In this document: piece by piece, positions 9,270-17,448 of the stretch
How the letters are laid out: each line of letters begins with the position of its first letter
Numbering within the stretch: position 1 is the stretch's first letter
Source: Candidatus Eiseniibacteriota bacterium
GTDB taxonomy: Bacteria; Eisenbacteria; RBG-16-71-46; DASYSL01
Assembly (NCBI GenBank): GCA_031431875.1
Contig: JANPEF010000143.1
Span: 1-18,314 of the forward strand
DNA length: 18,314 bases
Reading direction: 5' to 3'
Position numbers and translations under genes: made by a program
The notes under the pieces: model-generated
Seen by the model: the letters and a program-made list of their open reading frames with translations, nothing else
The model's database searches: none
Told to the model about the DNA's origin: nothing

Positions 9270-9574
9270 GCTCTCACCTCTGCGATCTGGGTTCGGATCG
9301 GCGCTTCGAAGGCGGGGGCGGGCAGCACAACGCCATGGTTGCAGCACAGGGACGGGCCAATCGCGGCCGCAGGAGGCAAGACGACACCGTCCGAGGCACG
9401 CGGGCTCGAGCCGGAGCCGCAGACCTGGAAAACTTGGTTGTCGTAGACCTGGTCGATCGCGCTCGAGAGTCGCGCATCGAGCGCGCGGCGCCTGGCGTGG
9501 ATCCCCGTCGCCATGATGGGATCGAATCTCGGGAGGAAGCCCGTCATTTTCCGGGCGGAAGCGGATTCGCTCAT
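9266..9574 (-). CDS. Hypothetical 102-aa protein
   Basis: ATG overlaps the kinase stop (ATGA, 9571-9574) and its TGA overlaps the thpR GTG (GTGA, 9266-9269); fills the gap exactly; no recognisable domain. Confidence 0.5.
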   Translation of the reverse strand: MSESASARKMTGFLPRFDPIMATGIHARRRALDARLSSAIDQVYDNQVFQVCGSGSSPRASDGVVLPPAAAIGPSLCCNHGVVLPAPAFEAPIRTQIAEVRA

Positions 9575-11115
9575 GTCGGCAATACCCTTCTGACGCGTCT
9601 GCGGGCGCGAAGTTCCAGCCATCGCGTGATGGAGTACATCGCCGCCGATGCCGCGATTGCGCCCACGGAGAAGGTGAGGATGAAGCCCCACTTCGCCTTC
9701 GGGTTGACGAGTCCCGTCAGCACAATTCCGACGACGAGGATGGACGCCGCAATGGAGTTGAGTGCCGTGACCCGCGACACCAGAGCGAGCAATTGGACAC
9801 GCTCCATGGGCCAAAAGTGCAGTCGCAGCCCGAGCAGTGCCACGCCGATGGCCACCAGCACGGCGTATCCGATCGCGGGAAGGTTTCGCTCACTGACGGC
9901 GAACATCACGATGCAGTACTGGGGAAGTACACCCAGGGCGAAAATGAGCAGGAAGCGCGTCCATGTATCGATTCCACGTTCGCCTGCGTCGAGTCGGCCA
10001 CGACTGCGATGATCCGACTCGAGGGCAAGCTTGATGTCGCTGTAGCCAAATCCTGCACGGCGCATCGAGATGAACCGGATCGACCACGAGTACGCCACAG
10101 CACTGAATGCGAAGAGGAACAGGCCCAGGGCAGTCCCAAGTCTCGAACTCAGAAGTGCCATCCCCAATCCGAGGCTGAGGGCACCCGTCGCTCCCAGGAA
10201 CCCTTCCGTTTCTCTCAGGAACCGCTCGACGAGAATCGGCGAACGCCCCGCGGTTGGCACGGCGGCCTGAAGAGCCAGGATCCACTCCTCCATCGTCTCG
10301 TATCGTTGCTCGGGCCGTCGCTGCAGCCCCCGCTTCAGCACGACTTGAAGCGGCGACGGGATGGAAACCAGCTTGCCACTCTCGGCGGGCGACCAGTTCT
10401 CCACGTACTTCTTCACCAGCTGAGCCAACGACCCACCCGGGATCAGGTCTTCGCCGAGCAGCATGAAGGCCAGAAGCAGAGAGAGTGAATACTGATCCGT
10501 GCGACCCGTGGACTGTCCTTCCTCCAGGAGATGTTCCGGCGCCGCGTAGAGTGGGGAGGCGACCACTCCGGCGGTCGCCGTCTGCGTACGCTCCGGATCC
10601 AGCAGGCGAGCGATCCCGAAGTCGCAGAGGTAGGCACGCCCGCTGAAACGTTCGATGATCACATTGTCCGGCTTCACATCCCGGTGCACCACCCCCCGCG
10701 CGTGTGCGTAGGCCAGCGCGCGCGCGACATCGACTGCAATCTCGAGCGAGTCTTGCACGCCGAGCGGGCCATTCTCGGCCACAAGCTTCCGGAGATCACG
10801 CCCTTCGATGGCTGCCATGCTGTACCAGAGGAGCCCGGCGGACTCGCCTGCGTCGTAGACCGGCACGATGTTCGGGTGCAGGAGAGATGCGGCGGCATGA
10901 GCTTCCCGGAGAAAGCGACTTCGACTCTCTGGCCCGTGCTGCTCGACCGGGAGGACCACCTTGAGGGCGACGGTTCGATCGAGAGTCACGTCGTGTGCGG
11001 AGAAGACGACCCCCATGCCCCCTCCTCCCAAGGCATTTCCCAGACGGTAGCGCGATGGCAACCCACCAACGAGCTCGCGGCGGAGCGCGGCGACCGAGTC
11101 GGACTCCCCTATCAT
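9571..11115 (-). CDS. Hanks-type Ser/Thr protein kinase with multi-pass membrane C-terminus
   Basis: LGGGGMGVVF, VALK, RFLREA, HRDVKPDN, DFG, YAAPE; about six hydrophobic segments in the C-terminal ~210 aa; GGAGG RBS. Confidence 0.93.
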   Translation of the reverse strand: MIGESDSVAALRRELVGGLPSRYRLGNALGGGGMGVVFSAHDVTLDRTVALKVVLPVEQHGPESRSRFLREAHAAASLLHPNIVPVYDAGESAGLLWYSMAAIEGRDLRKLVAENGPLGVQDSLEIAVDVARALAYAHARGVVHRDVKPDNVIIERFSGRAYLCDFGIARLLDPERTQTATAGVVASPLYAAPEHLLEEGQSTGRTDQYSLSLLLAFMLLGEDLIPGGSLAQLVKKYVENWSPAESGKLVSIPSPLQVVLKRGLQRRPEQRYETMEEWILALQAAVPTAGRSPILVERFLRETEGFLGATGALSLGLGMALLSSRLGTALGLFLFAFSAVAYSWSIRFISMRRAGFGYSDIKLALESDHRSRGRLDAGERGIDTWTRFLLIFALGVLPQYCIVMFAVSERNLPAIGYAVLVAIGVALLGLRLHFWPMERVQLLALVSRVTALNSIAASILVVGIVLTGLVNPKAKWGFILTFSVGAIAASAAMYSITRWLELRARRRVRRVLPT

Positions 11116-11137
11116 GGGCGCCTCCAGGTTCCGAACT

Positions 11138-12418
11138 TCACGTGCGCGACCCCGGCGGCATCCCGATCGCCCTCGGCGACACCGCGGGCAGGCCCACGAG
11201 CAGGCGACGCAGGAGCTCCAAAGCGAACGTCACGCTGCGCTCGCGGATCTGTGCGCGGTTGCCCTTCAGTTCGAGGCGGCGATGGAGCTCGCCTTCGGGC
11301 GAGACGGCGGCCAGGTGCACGGTGCCAACGGGCTTCTCGGGCGTGCCGCCGTCGGGCCCGGCGATGCCGGTGACGGCGAGGGCACACTGCACACCAAAGC
11401 GCCCGGCGACTCCGTGCGCGAGGGCCCGCGCCACTTCCTCGCTCACCGCGCCGTGGGCCTCGAGCAACGACGCGGGTACCCCTGCCGCCGCGATCTTCGC
11501 AGCATTCGCGTACACGATCGCGCCGCCGTCGAACCACGCGGACGAGCCGGCGACCGACGTGATCCGCCCGCCCAGCAGCCCGCCGGTGCACGACTCGGCC
11601 ACCGCGAGGCGCCAGCCGCGCGCGCGCAACAGGTCCCCGACCACCTGTTGCAGGGGACGATCGTCCTCGCTGTAGATGAAGTCGCCGGCCGCTGCGCGCA
11701 GCCGTTCGCGCGCGCGCGCGACGATTGTCGTTCCATCTCCAGAAGCAGGCAGCGCGATCCGCACGTCCACGCCGCCGAGCCCGGGCAGGTACGAGACCGC
11801 TGCACCGTCGAGCGCCGAAGACAGTTCGCCCAGCCGCTCCTCGAGGATCGACTCGGCGATCCCGACCGTCCGGATCACCGTGTACGCAACCGAAGCGCCG
11901 CCCGCCGCACGGACCAGGGGCCCGAGAAACAGGACGGCCAGCTGCCGCATCTCCTCCGGAACGCCCGGCAGCAGTACGACGTGCCGCCCCTCGTGCGCAA
12001 TGCAAACGCCGGGCGCACTGCCGACCGGATTCGCCCACGCCACCGCGCCCGCAGGCAGCACCGCCTGGCGCTCATTGTTCACGGGCATCGGCCCGCGCAG
12101 CATCGCCGACCAGCGCGCGCGGATCGATTCGAGCACGGCCTCGTCGCGCACCAAGCCGAGCCCGAGCGCCGCCGCGACCGCCGCAACCGTCAGGTCATCC
12201 GGCGTCGGCCCAAGCCCGCCGGTACATACCACGACGGAAGCGCGCGACAAGGCGAGCCGCAACGAAGCAGCAATCGCCTCCGGCGTATCTGGCACGGCCT
12301 GGTGCCCGACGATGCGCGCGCCCGACTCCTCGAGCAGGCGCGCGAGGAACTGGAAGTTCGTGTCGAGCGTGCGGCCCGACAGGACTTCGTTGCCGATCGA
12401 GAGGACTTCAGCGGTCAC
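11138..12418 (-). CDS. cinA: Competence/damage-inducible protein CinA (molybdopterin-binding-like domain + NMN deamidase PncC domain)
   Basis: IGNEVLSGRTLDTN, GGLGPTPDDLT, LPGVPEEM, AESCTGG, TGIAGPDGGTPEKPVGTV. Confidence 0.96.
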   Translation of the reverse strand: MTAEVLSIGNEVLSGRTLDTNFQFLARLLEESGARIVGHQAVPDTPEAIAASLRLALSRASVVVCTGGLGPTPDDLTVAAVAAALGLGLVRDEAVLESIRARWSAMLRGPMPVNNERQAVLPAGAVAWANPVGSAPGVCIAHEGRHVVLLPGVPEEMRQLAVLFLGPLVRAAGGASVAYTVIRTVGIAESILEERLGELSSALDGAAVSYLPGLGGVDVRIALPASGDGTTIVARARERLRAAAGDFIYSEDDRPLQQVVGDLLRARGWRLAVAESCTGGLLGGRITSVAGSSAWFDGGAIVYANAAKIAAAGVPASLLEAHGAVSEEVARALAHGVAGRFGVQCALAVTGIAGPDGGTPEKPVGTVHLAAVSPEGELHRRLELKGNRAQIRERSVTFALELLRRLLVGLPAVSPRAIGMPPGSRT

Positions 12419-12439
12419 GGGGCGCTCAGCCGAAGGTAC

Positions 12440-12877
12440 TCAGTGCACCGGCGGCGGCGGCATCTGCGGCGTGCCGGGGCCCACGGCGAGCGGCCCCTGC
12501 GTGGGCGGCTTCGCGGTGCGCAACGACCACGTGTCGTACTGCACGTTGTCGACGCGGATCACGAACTGGAACATGCCCAGCGCCGGGAACTGCACCTGGA
12601 AGTTGAGGATGATGTTGTTGTGGCCGCCGCCGCGGGCGACTTCGAATTCGCCAGAGAGCTTGGGCATCACTTCCTTGCCGTCGGCGTCGATGAGGAAGAT
12701 CTCGACGGCATGCTTGCCGACGTCGCCGGGGTCGGCCTCGATCCGCGTGACGAGCGAGGCCTGCAGCTGGACGGGCGGCTTGTCGCCCCACACGTTGGTG
12801 ATGCCGGCGCGCAGCATCGAGATGGTGCCGTCGGGATGGGCGGTGGCGGCTTCGGCGAGGAGCAGGCGGGCTTTCAC
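12440..12877 (-). CDS. Hypothetical beta-sandwich protein (DUF6941-like)
   Basis: GTG 12877 with GGAGA RBS; strongly GC3-biased codons; LLAEAA..DGTISML..GI and NIILNF..FPALGMFQFVIRVD resemble DUF6941 proteins (from memory, unverified). Confidence 0.7.
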   Translation of the reverse strand: MKARLLLAEAATAHPDGTISMLRAGITNVWGDKPPVQLQASLVTRIEADPGDVGKHAVEIFLIDADGKEVMPKLSGEFEVARGGGHNNIILNFQVQFPALGMFQFVIRVDNVQYDTWSLRTAKPPTQGPLAVGPGTPQMPPPPVH

Positions 12878-12917
12878 GATGGATCTCCGATCGGAGTGCG
12901 GTTCAGGACCCGCGCGC

Positions 12918-14435
12918 CTACGGGCGGCGCGCAAGCACGACCAGTTCGTCGGCCGAGCGCGGCGGCTCACCGACCAGGGTGTAGTCGGCGAGAAGCTCAT
13001 CGCGTTCGGCGAAGCTGCGAAATGGTGCGTTGATTCCGGCCAGCGACTTGTTCTGGTCCAGGAGCGCGGGCCGGACCACCAGGTACTCGGGCCGGCGCTC
13101 GCGGATCACGTCGCCGTACCAGCCGGCGCCGGCCTTGCGGCGACGCGGCACGTCGGGCGAGATGAGTCCCACCTCGTCGATCACCGTGAGCCCCGTGCGA
13201 TAACCGATGTGGCCGATCGGCTCGAGAAACACCGTCCCCGTACCCTGGCTCACGCCAGCGAGTCGATCGGCGGCGACGACGAACAGCCGGGCCTCGACAC
13301 CGTTGCGGGCCACGTACAGCCCCGCCAGGTACGGCGCGTCGCTCAGAACGTACACGCCAAGCGCCGCCCAGACCAGCCGCGATCGCGTCACCATGGGCAG
13401 GCCCGTCGCGGCCGCGACGGCCCACGCTGCGACTGGAAGGACGAAGTACCAGCCGAAGTAGGGCACGCCGAACACCACGTAGGCCGCCAGGACGGCGAGT
13501 CCGCCGACCGCGAACGCAAGCGTCGGGGACCACGCGCGACGGCGTCCCAGCGTCCACAGCGCCGTGAGCGCGGCGGGCAGCCCGACGATCGCCATGGGGA
13601 ACAGGTGCTGTGCCTCGAGCAGGTTCTGCCAGCGCGGGGACAGGAACGCGGGGACGAAGCCCTCGATCCAGTCGAGTGCGAAGGGACGTGCCCCGACGCC
13701 GTAGGTGATCGCCTTGGCGACGAAGCTCTGCGGGACCGGGCTGCCGTAGAACGCAGTGAGCGCACCGAGCGCAGCGAGAGTCAGGACCGCGAACACGGTG
13801 CGCGCCCGCCCGCTGGCAAACACGGCGAGCGCAACCGCAAGAACGAACCCCTCGGGGCGCGTGAGCGCGAGCAGCGCGAGCGATGCGCCGTGCACCACCG
13901 GCCGCCCCGCATCACGCAACGCGACCGCGGAAGCAAGCGTACACAGAAAGAGACTCGTCTCCATCCCCAGCACCGCGTGCGCGGAGAACAGCGGGAACAC
14001 CGCGAAGAACACTCCGAACGCCCACGCCGACACGCGACCCACGCCTGGTTCGCGGTCGAGCGTGCGCACGACCAGCCCGAGTGCGCCGAGCGACAGCACG
14101 ACGCCCCACGCCCGTGCCCACGCGAACGTGTCGATGCCGAGCGCTGCGCCGGCGGCCAGCCACGCAGTCCACACGGGAGAGGTGAAGCCCATCACACGCT
14201 CGCCGGCGTTGTAGACGAAGCCCAGGCCCTTCGCCCCATTCTCGGCGTAGCGAAACGTGATGTAGGCGTCTTCGGCGGCAAATGGGATTGCGCGCGCCAT
14301 CTCGATGCGCGCGGCGAGGGCGAGGGCGAGCGGGACCATGTACGGAGCGAACGGATGGAACCAGGGGTCGCGGGGCGGGATGCCCGGTGCGGGTGTGCCC
14401 GGTGCGATCGGTGCCGGCGCGGCGCCGCGTCTCAT
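12918..14435 (-). CDS. Polytopic membrane protein, putative GT-C glycosyltransferase (ArnT/AftB-like)
   Basis: EDAYITFRYAEN..GLGFVYNAGERVMGFTSP loop after the first TM, GMET and TRPEG motifs, many TM segments; ATG overlaps the pgpA stop (ATGA). Confidence 0.75.
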   Translation of the reverse strand: MRRGAAPAPIAPGTPAPGIPPRDPWFHPFAPYMVPLALALAARIEMARAIPFAAEDAYITFRYAENGAKGLGFVYNAGERVMGFTSPVWTAWLAAGAALGIDTFAWARAWGVVLSLGALGLVVRTLDREPGVGRVSAWAFGVFFAVFPLFSAHAVLGMETSLFLCTLASAVALRDAGRPVVHGASLALLALTRPEGFVLAVALAVFASGRARTVFAVLTLAALGALTAFYGSPVPQSFVAKAITYGVGARPFALDWIEGFVPAFLSPRWQNLLEAQHLFPMAIVGLPAALTALWTLGRRRAWSPTLAFAVGGLAVLAAYVVFGVPYFGWYFVLPVAAWAVAAATGLPMVTRSRLVWAALGVYVLSDAPYLAGLYVARNGVEARLFVVAADRLAGVSQGTGTVFLEPIGHIGYRTGLTVIDEVGLISPDVPRRRKAGAGWYGDVIRERRPEYLVVRPALLDQNKSLAGINAPFRSFAERDELLADYTLVGEPPRSADELVVLARRP

Positions 14436-14902
14436 CGCCCGAACGGGCCCCACCACAGGGCGGCCTGCAGCACGAGGCAGGCGTAGATCCCGGCGATCAC
14501 GTCGTCGGCGACGATGCCGAATCCGCCGGGCGCGTTCTGCGCCTCGTTGGCGCCGAGCGGCTTCCAGATGTCGAACAGGCGGAAGAGCAGGAAACCCGCG
14601 AGCATCCACGTCCACGAGCGCGGCACCATCCACAGGGCGATCATCTGGCCGACGACCTCGTCGATGACGATGGGCGAAGCGTCATGGCCCAGCGTCTTCT
14701 CGGCGCGATGCGCGGCGGCGATCGAGATGGGCAGGAGGACCAGGATCGCGATGCCTTCGTACAGCGAGAAGCCCATGCCGTGCGGGCCGGGGCCGATCCA
14801 GTACAGAATCCCGGACACGATGGCGCTGGCGAACGTGGCCGGCGCGATCGGGAACTTGCCCGCGCCGAAGAACGTCGCGATCAGGCGGGCGAGCGTGTCC
14901 AC
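14432..14902 (-). CDS. pgpA: Phosphatidylglycerophosphatase A
   Basis: APATFAS, IVIDEVVGQ, FRLFDIWKP, GFGIVADDVIAG. Confidence 0.95.
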   Translation of the reverse strand: MDTLARLIATFFGAGKFPIAPATFASAIVSGILYWIGPGPHGMGFSLYEGIAILVLLPISIAAAHRAEKTLGHDASPIVIDEVVGQMIALWMVPRSWTWMLAGFLLFRLFDIWKPLGANEAQNAPGGFGIVADDVIAGIYACLVLQAALWWGPFGR

Positions 14903-15675
14903 GCGGGGCGTACGACCGGCGTGACCGGGCGCGGCTTCGAGGGAGGACGGCCGGGGCCGGCCAGCGGCGAGCGCGGGCGCGCCTCGGGGCCGGGCGAACC
15001 GGGCGCACCGGGCGCAACGTAGGACGACGGCGCACCGGGCGAAACCGACGCGCCGGGCGCGACTGAAGCCGCAGAAGCCGCCGCCCCCGCCCGCGCGCGG
15101 CCGATGTGCGCGATCGCCAGCTTGAAGATGGTCTGCAGGCAGTCCTTCACGCCGACGCCCTCGATGGCCTTGGCCGGGAACGCGGGCCAGCGGCCGGGGT
15201 TCAGGAGCCGGTCGAGCTCGGTCAGCGGCAGTGCATCGGGCAGGTCGCGCTTGTTGAACTGGTAGACCCGCGGGATCGCGGCCTGTTCGCGGCCCAGGGC
15301 CTCGAGCGCGGCGTCGACGTCGGCGAGCGCGTGGCGGTTCTCATCGAGGCGCGCGGCCTGCGAGTCGACCACGCAGACGAGCGCGTCGGCGCCGCGGAGA
15401 ACGGCGCGGCGCGAGGCCATGAGTTCGGGCTGGCCGGGCACGGTGTAGAGATGGAAGTGGGTCTTGAGGCCGGCGACCACGCCCAGCTCGAACGCCATGA
15501 AGTCGAAGAACAACGTGCGTTCGCCCTCGCCAGCGAGGCTCGTGAGGCGGCCGCGGCGGTCGGGCGGAAGCGTTCGATGGAGTTGCTGGAGGTTCGTCGT
15601 CTTGCCGCCGTAGGCGGCACCGACGTAGACGATCTTGAGGCCGAGCGTTCCGGCGCGGGCATTGAGGACGGCCAA
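14881..15675 (-). CDS. mglA: MglA-family small GTPase
   Basis: KIVYVGAAYGGKTTNL, ERTLFFDF, LYTVPGQ, VVDSQ, NKRD; probable TTG start at 15675 with GGAGAG RBS; downstream of mglB. Confidence 0.92.
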   Translation of the reverse strand: MAVLNARAGTLGLKIVYVGAAYGGKTTNLQQLHRTLPPDRRGRLTSLAGEGERTLFFDFMAFELGVVAGLKTHFHLYTVPGQPELMASRRAVLRGADALVCVVDSQAARLDENRHALADVDAALEALGREQAAIPRVYQFNKRDLPDALPLTELDRLLNPGRWPAFPAKAIEGVGVKDCLQTIFKLAIAHIGRARAGAAASAASVAPGASVSPGAPSSYVAPGAPGSPGPEARPRSPLAGPGRPPSKPRPVTPVVRPAWTRSPA

Positions 15676-15694
15676 GCGATCTCTCCAGGGGGCG

Positions 15695-16255
15695 CTACTC
15701 GCGCACCGAGTCGCCGAAATCCGGCATGTCGAAAGCGCCGCCCAGGAGCTCGTCGACGCGGCGCGAAGCTTCGCGCCGGAACGCCGTCTCGGGATCGATA
15801 CCGCCCAGGTCGAGCGACGCGGCGGGCACCTCGGCCGGCGGATTGAGGCCCAGGCGCTCGAACAGGCCCGCAAACACGGGCGTCAGGTCGCGCATCGCCC
15901 GCTTGGAGCGCAGGCGGACGAGGCCCAGCGTCGAGTGCTTGTCGAAGATGACGCACAGGATCACGCGCTCGGCGACCAGGGTCGAGGCCATGGAGCGGGG
16001 CTCGCCGAGGAAGACGACGGTGTCGAGAGTCTGCTTGCCGAAGAGCGCGCCCATCTCGGCGTTGGCCGCGACATCGGCGGCGGCGAGCGAGGCGAAGGTC
16101 GGCAGGTCGAAATCGGACTCCGCTCCGACGCTGGTGATGAGCTGGCCGGAGCGATCGATCAGATGGACGCTCAAGGCATGCGTGCGACGCAGGAGCTCGG
16201 TGAGCACCGCATCGACCGCCCGGAAGTCCTCTTCGAACAACGTCCAGTTCGCCAT
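15695..16255 (-). CDS. mglB: MglB roadblock/LC7 protein (GAP of MglA)
   Basis: LFEEDF, LIDRSGQLI, FASLAAADVAA, VIFDKHSTLGLVRLR, matching the Myxococcus MglB pattern; paired with mglA. Confidence 0.92.
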   Translation of the reverse strand: MANWTLFEEDFRAVDAVLTELLRRTHALSVHLIDRSGQLITSVGAESDFDLPTFASLAAADVAANAEMGALFGKQTLDTVVFLGEPRSMASTLVAERVILCVIFDKHSTLGLVRLRSKRAMRDLTPVFAGLFERLGLNPPAEVPAASLDLGGIDPETAFRREASRRVDELLGGAFDMPDFGDSVRE

Positions 16256-16339
16256 GTTTCCCCCGCGGCCCTGCGGTGGTTCGCTCCGGTCGGGAGCACG
16301 ACACCTCTCACTGGAGGTGCGTTTCGACTGACTGCTTCG

Positions 16340-16368
16340 TTTATAGGCAACCGTCGCGAAGGCTGCAA
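16340..16368 (-). promoter_or_regulatory. Putative sigma70-type promoter of mglB-mglA
   Basis: Minus strand TTGCAG-N17-TATAAA in the recR-mglB intergenic region. Confidence 0.55.
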
Positions 16369-16429
16369 GCGGAAACGTATGAAATCGCGTCGCTTGCAGC
16401 GATGAGACGGAGGCGTGGTATCGCCAGGA

Positions 16430-17077
16430 TCAAGCGTCCATCTCCTTGCGACCCTCGAGCGCACGCGCGAGCGTGACGAGATCCGAGTACTCGAGGTCGG
16501 AGCCGACGGGCACGCCGCGGGCGATGCGCGTCACGCGCACGCCGAGCGGAATGAGCAGCTTCTGCAGGTAGAGCGCGGTCGCTTCCCCGTTCACCGTCGG
16601 ATTGGTGGCAAGGATCACCTCGCGCACGACGACTTCGATTCCACCCGCTCCAGTCGCGCCCAGGGCGCCGCCGCCCGGCTCGAGCCGGCGCAGCAATTCG
16701 CGCACGCGCAGTTCCTCGGGGCCAACGCCGTCGAGCGGGGACAGGGCGCCGCCGAGCACGTGGTAGACGCCGCGGAACGATTCGGTGCGCTCGAGCGCCA
16801 GCACGTCGACGGGCTGCTCGACGACGCAGACGAGCCCGTGGTCGCGCCGCACGTCGGAACACAGGGGGCAGGGATCCTGCTCGGCGTAGTTGCCACAACG
16901 GGTGCAGAAGCCGACGCGGTCCTTGACCAGAAGGAGCGCCTCGGCCAGGCGGGCGGCCTCCTCGCGCGGGCTCTTGAGGATGTGGAGCGCCAGGCGCTGG
17001 GCGGTCTTCCGGCCGATGGAGGGCAGCCGTGCGAACTCGTCGATCAGGCTTTCGAGGAAGCGGCTGGAGAGGGACAT
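16430..17077 (-). CDS. recR: Recombination mediator RecR
   Basis: HhH LPSIGRKTAQRLA, C4 zinc finger CTRC..CPLC, YHVLGGALSPLDG, EVILATNPT, RIARGVPVGSDLEY. Confidence 0.98.
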   Translation of the reverse strand: MSLSSRFLESLIDEFARLPSIGRKTAQRLALHILKSPREEAARLAEALLLVKDRVGFCTRCGNYAEQDPCPLCSDVRRDHGLVCVVEQPVDVLALERTESFRGVYHVLGGALSPLDGVGPEELRVRELLRRLEPGGGALGATGAGGIEVVVREVILATNPTVNGEATALYLQKLLIPLGVRVTRIARGVPVGSDLEYSDLVTLARALEGRKEMDA

Positions 17078-17096
17078 CGAGGCGCGCGGGCCCCGG

Positions 17097-17414
17097 TCAG
17101 AACGGCATGCCGCCGGCGAGTGGGCCGGCGACGCGGGAGAGGGCGGCCTTCATCATCTCCTCAGCGCGGCGATGCGCCTGGTTGACCGCGGCGAGGACCA
17201 GGTCTTCGAGCATCTCGACGTCCCCGTCCTTGACCAGCGCGGGATCGATCTTGAGAGAGAGAAACTCGCCCTTGCCGTTGGCCGTCACGGTGACCGCTCC
17301 CCCGCCGGCCGAGGCATCGACCGTCTGCTGACCGACCTCGTCCTGGACTTCCTGCATCCTCGTCTGCATCGCCTGCGCCTGCTTCATCATCGCGGCGAGA
17401 TCCAGATTCTTCAT
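17097..17414 (-). CDS. ybaB: YbaB/EbfC family nucleoid-associated protein
   Basis: MMKQAQAMQ, AGGGAVTVTANG, DVEMLEDLVLAAVN; sits in dnaX-ybaB-recR order; ATG 17414. Confidence 0.96.
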   Translation of the reverse strand: MKNLDLAAMMKQAQAMQTRMQEVQDEVGQQTVDASAGGGAVTVTANGKGEFLSLKIDPALVKDGDVEMLEDLVLAAVNQAHRRAEEMMKAALSRVAGPLAGGMPF

Positions 17415-17448
17415 GGGGGCGCTCTTCTCCGGGCGGGGCGCGAGTCGA

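Noticed and set aside
11114..14486. 639-aa and 936-aa plus-strand ORFs
   Set aside because: Antisense to cinA and its neighbours; expected from the scarcity of stop codons in high-GC DNA.
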